A program made the translations under genes and the position numbers. DNA of 64,000 nucleotides from NCBI GenBank assembly GCA_965261735.1, contig OZ253470.1, positions 576,001-640,000 on the forward strand. The letters run 5' to 3'. The DNA comes from Alphaproteobacteria bacterium (GTDB taxonomy: Bacteria > Pseudomonadota > Alphaproteobacteria > SHVV01). This document shows, piece after piece, positions 51,001 to 57,724 of this stretch (position 1 is its first letter; every line of letters starts with the position of its first letter). The notes beneath the pieces are model-generated. The model made no database searches. It was not told the origin of the DNA and saw only the letters and a list, made by a program, of their open reading frames with translations.

Positions 51001-51417
51001 GGACAACGAACCAGTCCCCGCGGGCTGGCTGTACCCTTGGAGATTGAGGCTAAAATTCTCCGTTGTCATGTCGGCCGACCAGATTTGGGTCGTGGTCTGG
51101 GCCTGCGCGGGCGGCGCGAGGGCGAGGCCGGCCACCAGCACGATTGCCGTGAGCCCGGCGGCGGCGAGGACGGCGCGCCGTCCTGAGCGGACAAGGCCGC
51201 GCAGCCGGCCGGCGGCGGAATAGGTCTCTGCGGAAGGACGGCCGCCCCGGCGGGGCGGCAGGCGGTCAGGCGGCGATGGCGGGTCGGCTTGCTCCCGCGC
51301 CCGAGGCGCAGTCATGCGCTCGGCGCTCGGCGCTCGGCGCTCGGCGCTCGGCGCTCGGCGCTCTATATTAAGGGTCGCACAGACAACTTCCAACCACTTC
51401 GCACAATTCGTACCCAT
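42028..51417 (-). CDS. Giant surface adhesin / autotransporter-like protein (3129 aa)
   Basis: Signal peptide ending AQAQ, SwmB-like repeats, two FN3, cadherin-like beta-sandwich, LRRs, Calx-beta, C-terminal beta-barrel-like region ending in W. Alternative start at 51315. Confidence 0.9.
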   Translation of the reverse strand: MGTNCAKWLEVVCATLNIERRAPSAERRAPSAERMTAPRAREQADPPSPPDRLPPRRGGRPSAETYSAAGRLRGLVRSGRRAVLAAAGLTAIVLVAGLALAPPAQAQTTTQIWSADMTTENFSLNLQGYSQPAGTGSLSDRTFTHDGIDYTIDEIFTQPRGGSTRDLHIALNKTIPPEAVSDLTLVVGTDEFVWANGTVSSTDRSVGWANTGLSWSAGTDVSLSLKAITGRPTPTAFNVRGDGNTLWLFVNEDLSDILPPTSAFTLTAAGSPVTIGSISLQTNLRGLDLTDFSPVIAQGQTVTLEYTDPTTGDDTNAIQDTGGTDASSFSNVVVNDSVVTVPTLSAAAVPADGATVALTFDRTLLIFQPAYSSAIRNALTVTVGGTERQTTDFAVSGATATLTMSDTIGENRAVIVSYDRSAAGREALGTGRKILVANFTTGENSVPAVVNNSEVDTSPPELTGATVTSSGDAIVLAFGEDLDLPATIPAALKDAFSVTADGDTVEISGLAKDGSSGLQINLSSKIAKDQAVVVSYDRSAAGTNALDDADGNEVVDFTTGASGVPAVDNNSTVAPATVTSATVNASGTVLNIEFDKQINNPLGFAALFSLTVDGVGHGVGNLQFGGGDQSIGFLLPSPIATGQAVVLSYAKPVDSVGLTTNDAEALPVASFTTGEDGVPAVDNNSAVAQATITEVAVTSTPRAATDTYGEGETIEVTVTFSEAVTATTGTDFVLSVAGAKRAPLVRGSGTATLVFGYTVLAGDSDDDGIWIGDQSRTLVGNRNGDPQNGTITSVATGVAADLTHSQRGEQSGHKVNGSLTTPRPTRETAQVRNDGARLYMSFSEDVSTMLPPTSAFTVTAGGSPVTVGSVHHVSSDSIELRGLSPLIGDNETVRLAYRDPTTGNDINAIQNIDGVDASSFSNVSVINNSLVTLPKLSAAAVPADGATVVLTFSADLDFPTAFSSVIRGAFTVTVDGTESQTTDFAVSGITATLTMSDPIVENLAVIVSYDRSDAGSEAIGSTSNKLVANFTTGEKSVAAVVNNSEVDITPPTPSSATAAIAGDEIVLNFSENLDTSAAARPPASAFSVSADGASIVVGSVAITSATPDRVQLQSLDRLIYQGQTVTVIYTDPTSGDDASAIQDAAGNDAASFTTGEDGVPAVVNNSTAVAAPGAPTALTATAFGATAIDLAWTAPDNNGGSAITGYKIEVSTDGSTGSWSNRVADTESTNTDYRHSGLSSGDTRHYRVSAINVNGTSPASAPDSATTGTAAHHAVPATIHGTVLWSAEMTAEALNTLIGYRALIEGTPFGALTPTTFDPGDGTTVKVDGLYYRGSVTSMVFLLDTSLGTGFFNLHLGPVTFEIDDPVLPTLRLDGVNNPGWSHGDTVEVRLVRATAPGTPTGLRATASGTQIDLAWTAPASDGGRAVTGYRIEVSTDGSAGSWSDRVADTDTADTSYSHTGLAVGDTRHYRVSAINAAGTSEPSDPDDATVTGTQSSDATLSGLTVTGGGSDLVTFVSGTTTYTAMVASTVTEVTVTATKNDTGAMIDYLDGDDATLDDADTGVNGHQVTLAEGENVIKVKVTAADTITTETYTVTVTRATAATAPTIDDVAVTSTPAAATDTYGAGETIEVSVTFSEAVTATTGTDFVLSVAGRKRAPLVRGSGTATLVFGYTVLAADEDDNGIWIGDQDRTLVGNRNGDPQNGTITRETTDVEADLTHAALGQQSGHKVDGSLSAVEPDEPPEVTLHLGDADGEVEEDAGAVTVTATVSPASATAFTVTVSASPVAPATDDDFELSTNRALRFAANATASSGTVTIAPVDDGDPESNQVVTVSGSASIEGVTDPGDVTLTILDNDLVSISSICNRTVYVRGRILELLKHRHSFEGRCGDVNETHLAQLKSLDLGRNPSTDSAFTISLRSGDFEGLVNLERLSLRDTRLRSLPAGVFDGLAALETLELDRNRLRSLPAGVFADLHSLKTLELQKNPSLSSLPYDEFEALPNLTNLRIDQVGRHKLQVAGGEGEVTLEVAAGDSVTYPVRLMAAPDFRITADNPLTIEVSSDTAGVVATPAALRFTKENWFRRQTVTVVVVFSASGTAELAHDASGTTTDSEGNEQSNYDFEAYPLPTATVLVLESGAGRSDDPLKARFVSPPEHHDGSGRVKVRVAFSEAIEESPENVGEHGVKVEGGRVTSVRQVDNRPGGGAAGRSSGGQEDGERVWEFEIEPGSDDDLTMRIEGGRPCDEPGAICTEDGRSLSEGIATTVEGPDPVPLTAAFEGLPEAHDGEEEFHFRMAFSEEIGIGFRSMRDDAFTVDGGAVTGARRVDRRHDLWRITVEPDGEGDVTVTLAAGRECAVSGAICTRDGDRRQLANTPAATVAGPAVEPVVVPLTASFVEAPHEHDGKTAFKLRIAFSEDISIGFRRFRDQALSVSGGSVKKAKRVDGRHDLWEVTVKPGSLGDVRVTLAGGRACGTAGAVCTGDGRALSATISTTVLGPVALSVADARVREASDATLDFAVTLSRASRAPVAVAYATADGSATAGSDYTATSGTLTFAAGETAKTVSVPVLDDAHDEGEETLTLRLSAATGAVIADGVATGTIENTDLIPAAWLARFGRTVTDQVLEAVEARLTAPRTAGARATLAGQALPSWDGANDTAKAAADDNADASDREAMTAIRDWMAHAGADGEWRAPGEGPERADLVQSRALTGRDFLTGTSFALTGGSAEAGGYAALWGRGAISRFDGREGDLTLDGEVTTGLMGADWAAERWTAGLAIGHARGTGGYREGGNCDPTATDTNADGYRGPSRCSGEVEATLTGVWPYAGLRLTDRLSAWAAAGYGAGELKLTPGGESPFTADLTMAMGAAGMRGEVLTPPPEGGLALALKGDARFTRTASEATKDAKGGNLAAATADVWLVRTGIEGSRRFAPGGDGAGMVLTPSFEIGVRLDGGDAETGLGVDLGGGLAFAAPKQGIALDLKARGLVAHEAPGFREWGASASLAWDPRPSTDRGLALTLRQSWGGSPTGGMEALLGRETLAGLAANDNGDTTASAGRLEAELGYGIAMFDGGFTGTPHLGVGLTETGRDYRLGWRLTSARRGDPGFEINLEGTRSEAANDDAEHGIALRGVIRW
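46220..49336. repeat. Internal near-identical domain duplications in the adhesin (about 46220-46587 vs 48968-49336; FN3 about 46985-47185 vs 47660-47855)
   Basis: Repeated DTYGxGETIEVxVTFSEAVTATTGTDFVLSVAG...IWIGDQ block, similar at the DNA level; coordinates approximate. Confidence 0.85.
51316..51363. repeat. Heptanucleotide tandem repeat (GCGCTCG) x6 plus 6 nt
   Basis: Perfect repeat at the 5' end of the adhesin ORF, encoding ERRAPSAERRAPSAER. Confidence 0.97.
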
Positions 51418-51479
51418 TGCCGCGCCGCTCCCGGTTCGCGCCTCGTAACGTCAGCCGGTTCCATGGCACACCGCTGACA

Positions 51480-51700
51480 GGAACGAATCATATCGGGCTT
51501 TCAAGCGATTGCAAGTATTGATGTTTTAGTCTATTGAATAAAAATATTTATATCAATGAACTCTCCCACTTTCCGCTTGGAAACCCCTTCGATCCTTACT
51601 CACAGGGGCAAACCGGCACTTCGGCGTCACTGTCCCGGAGGTCTTTTGAGAAAATTGTATTTGTGCAATTACGAAGTATCTGTTTGTCTGCCTCCAGTCC
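51480..51700. promoter_or_regulatory. AT-rich divergent promoter region between adhesin and LysR genes
   Basis: Sharp GC drop; dyad ATTGA-N15-TCAAT at 51533-51557. Confidence 0.55.
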
Positions 51701-51723
51701 CACCGTTTCCCGCGCCCGAATCC

Positions 51724-52011
51724 GTGATATCCCTGCCGCCCCTCGACTGCCTGCGCTTCTTCGAAGCCGCCGCCCGGCACCGGAGCTTCGTCCGCGCCGC
51801 CGAGGAGCTCGGCGTCACCCCGCCCGCCGTCGCCCACCGCATCCGCATGCTGGAGAGCCATCTCGGCGCCGAGCTCTTCGGACGGAGGCGCCGCGGCGTG
51901 TACATCAACCGCAGGGGTCGCGCGTATTACGAGGAGGTCCGGCGCATCCTCCTCGACATCCACGAGACCACCGAGCTTCACGGCGACGGCAGGCGGTTCC
52001 GCGGCCGTTAG
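51724..52011 (+). CDS. Stand-alone LysR-type HTH protein (95 aa)
   Basis: LPPLDCLRFFEAAARHRSFVRAAEELGVTPPAVAHRIRMLE; stops after the linker helix. Confidence 0.75.
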   Translation: MISLPPLDCLRFFEAAARHRSFVRAAEELGVTPPAVAHRIRMLESHLGAELFGRRRRGVYINRRGRAYYEEVRRILLDIHETTELHGDGRRFRGR

Positions 52012-52117
52012 GGCCGGGGTTTCGCCGCTCCGCCGCGGCGCCCCGGCTTGCCTGCGACGCGCGGATGTGAGATGACATAATCACGTTTTACCAACGGGCT
52101 CCCTCCGGACCGTCGCC

Positions 52118-53059
52118 GTGCTCCACCTGCCCCCGCTCGACAGCCTGCGCTTCTTCGAAGCCGCCGCCCGGCACCAGAGCTTCGTGATGGCCGGCAAGGA
52201 GCTCGGGGTCACCGCCGCCGCCGTCGCCCACCGCATCCGCACCCTGGAGAAGCATCTGGACGCCGAGCTGTTCGAGAGACGGCGCCGGAGCGTGCGCCTC
52301 AACGCCAAGGGCCGGGCCTATCTCAAGGAAGTGCAGCGCATCCTGGCCGAGGTCCACGGCGTCTCCGAGCAACAGCGCTCGACCCCCCGGCGCGTGCGCA
52401 TCGTCTCGGTCGAAGCGGTGGCCGAGAAGTGGCTGCTGCCGCGGCTCGCCTCGTTCAAGGCGGCCCATCCCGACATCGCCATCGAGCTCGAGACCAACCA
52501 CCGGAGCGTCGACCCGGCGCTGCGCGACTTCGACGCCTGGCTCGCCTATTCGGGCGAGACCTCCGCACCGCGCCCGCTGACCCGGCGCGAGGAGACGCTG
52601 CTGGAGGAGACCCTCTACGAGGAGGCGCTGCTGCCGGTGTGCAGCCCGGCACTGCTGGCCGCCCGCGGCCGGCCCCGCAGCCCGGCCCAGCTGCGCCACT
52701 GGCCGCTGCTTTACGATCTCGGCTGGAACGCCGACTGGTCCTACTGGTTCGCCCGCCAGGGCCAGCCCACCCCGGACCTCTCGCGGGCCTCGGGCTTCCG
52801 CCTCTACTCGATGCTGATCCAGGCGGCGGCGAGCGGGCTCGGCGCCGCCATCGGGCGCCCGATGCTGATCGCCCACGAGCTCGAACGCCGGATCCTGGTG
52901 CCGCTCTTCGAGCGCCAGCAGGAGGCGCCCGAGCGCTGCTGCCTGATCACCACCGCCGCCTCGCGGCAGCGGCCCGAGCTGCGGGCGTTCCGGAACTGGA
53001 TCCTGCAAGAGGCGCGGGCAGCACCGCCCGCCGCCCCGGGCGTTCTGCGCTACCCCTGA
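52118..53059 (+). CDS. LysR-family regulator (GcvA-like)
   Basis: N-terminal HTH plus effector domain (WLLPRLASF, PVCSP, AASGLGAA). Confidence 0.93.
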   Translation: MLHLPPLDSLRFFEAAARHQSFVMAGKELGVTAAAVAHRIRTLEKHLDAELFERRRRSVRLNAKGRAYLKEVQRILAEVHGVSEQQRSTPRRVRIVSVEAVAEKWLLPRLASFKAAHPDIAIELETNHRSVDPALRDFDAWLAYSGETSAPRPLTRREETLLEETLYEEALLPVCSPALLAARGRPRSPAQLRHWPLLYDLGWNADWSYWFARQGQPTPDLSRASGFRLYSMLIQAAASGLGAAIGRPMLIAHELERRILVPLFERQQEAPERCCLITTAASRQRPELRAFRNWILQEARAAPPAAPGVLRYP

Positions 53060-53083
53060 CCCGGCGCCGGGCGCCGCGTCCCC

Positions 53084-54133
53084 TCAGCGCGCGGGTCCGT
53101 CCGGCGCTTCCGAGAGCCAGGACCCGAGGCTGTCGGCATAGGCGAAGAGCGCCGGCTGGCCGCCGGTGTGGACGAACAGCACCCGGCTGCCCGGAGCGAT
53201 CCGCCCCGAGCGCACATGGGCGATCAGACCCGCCATCGCCTTGCCCGTGTAGACCGGGTCCAGCAGCAGCCCCTCGTGCCGCGCCGCCATCTCCATCGCC
53301 TCGCGCACCGCCTCGTTGAGCCGCCCGTAGCCCGGCGCCAGCACCGCGTCGGAGACGTCGACGCCGCCCGCGTCGAACGTGTCCGGGCGCTCGATCATCG
53401 CGGCCAGCGCCGCCGCCACCCGCGCCACCCTGGCGCCCTGGCGGTCCGCATCGCGGCGCACGCAGATGCCGAGGACCGGCACTTGCTCGCCGAGCGCCCG
53501 CAGGCCCACCAGCATCCCGGCATGGGTGAGCGCGCTCCCCGAGGCGCAGACCGCGGCGTCGAAGCGCATGCCGGGTGTCTGCTCCACGATCTCTTCGGCG
53601 GCAAGCACGTAGCCAAGCCCGCCGAGCGGCGGATGGCCGGGGGCGGAGTGGATGACGTAGGGCCTGCGGCCCTCGGCTGCCAGCATCTCCGCGCGCCGCT
53701 CCATTGCCGCATCCGCCGCCGCCTCGTCCTCGCCCTCCGGGAACGGGTGCAGGGTTGCGCCCAGCACCCGGTCGAGCAACAGGTTGCCGGAGGTGCGGTA
53801 GAGCGCGCCCATGCCGTCCACCCGATCTTCGAGCTGGATGTGGACTGCCATCCCGAGTTTGCGCGCGGCCGCGGCGGCGATGCGCACCAGGTTCGACTGC
53901 ACCGCGCCGGTGACCAGCACCGTGTCGGCGCCCCTGGCGCGGGCCTCGCCGAAGTGGAACTCGAGCTGGCGCACCTTGTTGCCGCCGAAGGCGAGCCCGG
54001 TGCAGTCCTCGCGCTTGATCCGGAGATCGATGCCGAGCGCCGCGCCGAGATTCGGGGCGGGATCGAGCGGCGTCGGCGCATGGCCGAGCCGGACCCGCGG
54101 GAAGCGGGCTATGCCGGCAAGGGGGCTGGGCAT
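53084..54133 (-). CDS. PLP-dependent D-cysteine desulfhydrase-family enzyme
   Basis: KREDCTG, GGNKVRQLE, QSN, LDPVYTGKA, FVHTGG. Confidence 0.88.
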   Translation of the reverse strand: MPSPLAGIARFPRVRLGHAPTPLDPAPNLGAALGIDLRIKREDCTGLAFGGNKVRQLEFHFGEARARGADTVLVTGAVQSNLVRIAAAAARKLGMAVHIQLEDRVDGMGALYRTSGNLLLDRVLGATLHPFPEGEDEAAADAAMERRAEMLAAEGRRPYVIHSAPGHPPLGGLGYVLAAEEIVEQTPGMRFDAAVCASGSALTHAGMLVGLRALGEQVPVLGICVRRDADRQGARVARVAAALAAMIERPDTFDAGGVDVSDAVLAPGYGRLNEAVREAMEMAARHEGLLLDPVYTGKAMAGLIAHVRSGRIAPGSRVLFVHTGGQPALFAYADSLGSWLSEAPDGPAR

Positions 54134-54309
54134 GACGGGGGTGGGCCTGGCTGATCTGGTTTGTCGATCGGGTCGAGTGTCTCTCGCTGCGCCGGGAGGG
54201 GTGCCGTCCAATGCCAGGGATTGCAAGCGGATTTTACCCTCGGCCGCGACAGCACGTTGTCGGTCCCCGGTATTGCCGGCACCGGTGGTCCCCCGATCGG
54301 CGCCGCCCC

Positions 54310-55611
54310 TCAGGCGGCGCGGGTCGGCCGCCCCCGAAACTGCGCCGGGAACGCGAGAACCGATCTCGCCGCCCCGCTGTCCGCCGCCCCGCCGCGGACG
54401 TCCTCCGGCGCCGTGCCCGGCCGCCCCGGATACCCCGTCAGGATATCGGCCGCGAGGCTCTCCGAGATGCGTATCGCACCCTCCCGGACCCAGTCCCGGT
54501 CGAGATGCGCATAGCGCTCCGTCGTCTGCTCCTCCGAATGTCCGAGCAGGCGCCCGATCATCGGCAGGTTCTCGCCAAGCGCCAGCGCACGGGACGCAAA
54601 ACTGTGGCGGCAGTCATGGATGCGCGCGTCCTCGATCCCGGCAAGCTCGCAGACCACCCCCCACGCCTCGTCGATATTGCGCATCGGCCGTCCCTCGACC
54701 ATGCCCGGAATCACCCATGGACTGTCCGGCAGACGCGGGATGCTCTCCAGCACCCTTACCGCTCGCGGGGAAAGCGAGACCGTCCGCGGGCCCGTCTTGG
54801 TCTCCGGCAGCCGCAACTCGGCCGCCTCGAGATCCACCTGCTCCCAGCGCAGGTGCAGGATCTCGCGCTTCCGGCATCCAGTCAGGATCAGCAACCGGAT
54901 CGCCGCCACCGAGTAGGGCGACACGCGCCTGCAACCCGTCACTTCCCTCAGCGCCCGCCCGAGGCGCTGGAACTCGTCCGGCGTCAGGAACCGCTCGCGC
55001 TTGCGCTCGCGGTTCTTGACCACCAGTCCGCACGGATTGCTCGCCTCCGGGATCAGCCCCTTGTCCTCGGCCGCGTTGTAGATCCGCGACAGGGTCTCGA
55101 CCACCTTGTTCGCCATCACCGGCTTGTCCCGCAGCGCATGATGCAGTTCCGTCACCCGGGCATGGTCGACCGCCAGCGCCGGCAGCTTGCCGAGCCTCGG
55201 GATGAGATACTTGTCGACCACCGTGCGGTAGAGCCCGGCGGTCGCCGGCCGGCAGCGCACCGCGACGTGGTCCTCGAGATAGCGCCGGGCGATGTCCGCC
55301 ACCGTCGGCCCTTTCGCGAGCGTCGCCGACAGGGGCTCCGGCACCGGCTCCTCGCCCGCTTTGATCCGAGAGACGATGAGCGCCGCGCGCCGCCGCGCCT
55401 CCTCGGGCGAGATCACCCCGTGCGGCGCGACCGTCACCCGCTGCGCCGCCTTGCCCTTCGCGCGGGCCTGCGCGATGTAGACCTTGCGCCCCGACGGATA
55501 CACCCGCACCCCGAACCCGGGGAGCTCCCGGTCCCAGAACACCGTGTCCTTCTCGACCTTCAGCGCCTCCACCGTGCGCCGCGAGATCGTCTTCGTCCTG
55601 AACCTCGCCAT
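54310..55611 (-). CDS. Tyrosine integrase with arm-binding domain (copy A)
   Basis: WDRELPGFGVRV, TGCRKRE, KTG, HDCRH, LLGH, RYAH. Confidence 0.95.
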   Translation of the reverse strand: MARFRTKTISRRTVEALKVEKDTVFWDRELPGFGVRVYPSGRKVYIAQARAKGKAAQRVTVAPHGVISPEEARRRAALIVSRIKAGEEPVPEPLSATLAKGPTVADIARRYLEDHVAVRCRPATAGLYRTVVDKYLIPRLGKLPALAVDHARVTELHHALRDKPVMANKVVETLSRIYNAAEDKGLIPEASNPCGLVVKNRERKRERFLTPDEFQRLGRALREVTGCRRVSPYSVAAIRLLILTGCRKREILHLRWEQVDLEAAELRLPETKTGPRTVSLSPRAVRVLESIPRLPDSPWVIPGMVEGRPMRNIDEAWGVVCELAGIEDARIHDCRHSFASRALALGENLPMIGRLLGHSEEQTTERYAHLDRDWVREGAIRISESLAADILTGYPGRPGTAPEDVRGGAADSGAARSVLAFPAQFRGRPTRAA

Positions 55612-55624
55612 TCCCGAATCGCTC

Positions 55625-56815
55625 CTATGCCGCCTCGCCCTCGTCCCATGCGAAGATGTCGTCACCGATGCTGTCGCCCACCTTCGCCGCCGACGCCCTC
55701 TCGCCGTCCCGCGCGAGGTGTGCATACCGCGCGGTCGTCGAGAACTTCCTGTGCCCGAGGACCTCGCTGATCAGCGGGATTGCTTCGCCGATCGCCAGCG
55801 CGCGGGACGCATACGAATGTCTGCAATCGTGAATCCGCACATCGTCGAGACCCGCCCGCTTTCGCAGCCGCAGCCAGATGGCGTCGAGGTTCTTGAGATG
55901 GTCTCCGGGATTCTTGCCGGCGATGACCCAGGGGTTGCCCTCGATGCGCGGTATGCGCTCCAGCAGCCATTCCATCGCCGGCGTCAATATCACCCGCCGC
56001 GCGCCGGTCTTCCCGTCCCGGAGCAGCAGCTCGCCCGCGGTGCGGTCGATGTCGTCCCACCAGAGCGTGACGACCTCGTTCTTGCGGCAGCCGGTCAGGA
56101 TCAGCAGGCGAATCGCCGGGATCGCCGTCGGGAACACCGACCCGTCGGCTTCCGCCTCGTCCAGCACGCGAGCCAGCCGCCGGTACTCGTCCGCGGAGAG
56201 GAACCGCTCGCGCCGATACTCCTTATATCTGCGAATCGAGAGCGCCGGATTGCGCCTGGGCGGCGTCATCCCCCACGCCGCCGCGAGCTTGAACATCTTC
56301 GCCAGCACGTCCCGCGTCTGGTTCGCCTGGTAGGGCTTGTCGCGCATCTTGTGATGCAGCGCCGCGACGTGGCCCCGCTCGACCGCCGAGAGCGGCATGT
56401 GGCCGAACTCGGGCAGAATGTAGAGCCGGAGGATTCGCCCGAAGGTCTCGACCGTCCCCGGCCGGCAGTTCACCTCCAGATGCGCCTCGACATAGCGCTC
56501 CGCCAGGTCGGCCACCGTCGGCTCGGGCGCGGGCGGCTCCGGAAACGCCTCCTCGCCCTTCTTCAGGCGGTCGATGACCTCCGCGGCCACACGCCGTGCA
56601 TCCTCGACGGTGATATCGACCTTCCGGCCGATCGCCGCGCGCTTCAGCGCGCCGCCCGGCGCCCGCGCGTGAACCACATAGACCTTGCGCCCGCTGGCAT
56701 GGACCCGCACACCGAACCCGGTGAGGTCGCGGTCGTAGAACACCCGGTCGCCCCGTTCGACCGCGAGCGCCTCGACCACGCGCCTGCTCAGCTTGAGAGT
56801 GCTCTTTCGAGGCAT
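55625..56815 (-). CDS. Tyrosine integrase with arm-binding domain (copy B)
   Basis: YDRDLTGFGVRV, TGCRKNE, KTG, HDCRH, VLGH, RYAH. Confidence 0.95.
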   Translation of the reverse strand: MPRKSTLKLSRRVVEALAVERGDRVFYDRDLTGFGVRVHASGRKVYVVHARAPGGALKRAAIGRKVDITVEDARRVAAEVIDRLKKGEEAFPEPPAPEPTVADLAERYVEAHLEVNCRPGTVETFGRILRLYILPEFGHMPLSAVERGHVAALHHKMRDKPYQANQTRDVLAKMFKLAAAWGMTPPRRNPALSIRRYKEYRRERFLSADEYRRLARVLDEAEADGSVFPTAIPAIRLLILTGCRKNEVVTLWWDDIDRTAGELLLRDGKTGARRVILTPAMEWLLERIPRIEGNPWVIAGKNPGDHLKNLDAIWLRLRKRAGLDDVRIHDCRHSYASRALAIGEAIPLISEVLGHRKFSTTARYAHLARDGERASAAKVGDSIGDDIFAWDEGEAA

Positions 56816-57068
56816 GCGCCGCTCTCCCATCCCCCCGTGACCGAACGGACCGCCGCCCGGGTTTTCCGTCCCGCCCGTCCGGGCGCTGGGAATTCCGTGA
56901 ACACCCAGATACCAAACGGTGTGCAATGCCAGTGTATGAGAGTCCATCCGTGACGCAAATGCAAGCCCTAAGTAGGCTTTCTCAACCTCCGTAACCTATT
57001 GTGAATGATAGTATTAGACTACCCGATGTAGCACGGAAGCATCCGAACCTATCACCCTTTCAGAGTGC

Positions 57069-57260
57069 CATGATCTACGCCACTCGTTCGCTTCCCGCGC
57101 GCTGGCGCTCGGCGAGGGCTTGCCGATGATCGGCAAATTGCTCGGACACACGCAGGTCCAGACGACCGCTCGGTACGCCCATCTTGCCCGTGACACCGTC
57201 AAGGCATCCGCCGCGCGCATCGGAGACAGCATCGACCGAGATCTCGATGCCGCGGAATAG
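57069..57260 (+). pseudogene. 3' remnant of a third, related tyrosine integrase
   Basis: HDLRHSFASRALALGEGLPMIGKLLGHTQVQTTARYAHLARD...; homology starts abruptly at the His codon. Confidence 0.9.
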
Positions 57261-57724
57261 CGCAGCATCCGAGACCCCACAGATCGGAATGGCCTTTATC
57301 CACCGACCCGAAAATCCAAGAAACCCGCCGGCGTCAAAATCGGAATATCGTTAAACGGAGACATCTCCAGGAGGTCCCGATCGCCCGTAACCAGACAATC
57401 CGCTTCTCCCATCAGCGCCGTCTCGAGCAGCTTGTCATCATCCGGATCGCGACATCCGAGCTTCGCGCCAGCGATCGAAACCCATTCCGAGACCGCTTCG
57501 AGTTGAGCCAGATAAACCGCTCTGACTTCCCGGCCAACGTATCGGTCGAACTTCGGGCGATGGAAACGGCTTCGAAGCTCCTCGAACGTCTCGTCGGAAA
57601 ACAGCAGCACACCGTTCGCCGACCGCACCGCATCCACAACCGATGGGGTGGACGCCCCTCCCGACGGCATCGCGATGTGCCAGGTTGGCGGTGTTGTTAA
57701 CGCCAAGCGAGGAAGGGGGCGTCC

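Larger units (their letters stand above)
1..57070. mobile_element. Integrative conjugative element with F-type T4SS, MobF relaxase and tandem tyrosine integrases (left boundary not determined, probably outside the window)
   Basis: Contiguous tra operon, relaxase, coupling protein, excisionase-like HTH, two integrases, leading-region genes. No rep/par genes seen. Abrupt junction to an integrase remnant at ~57069. Confidence 0.8.

Noticed and set aside
42028-51417. Diversity-generating retroelement acting on the adhesin repeats
   Set aside because: No reverse transcriptase in the window; the repeats are in-frame domain duplications without evident adenine-specific variation.
53084-54133. ACC deaminase (acdS)
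   Set aside because: Has DPVYTGK rather than the DPVYEGK typical of true ACC deaminases.
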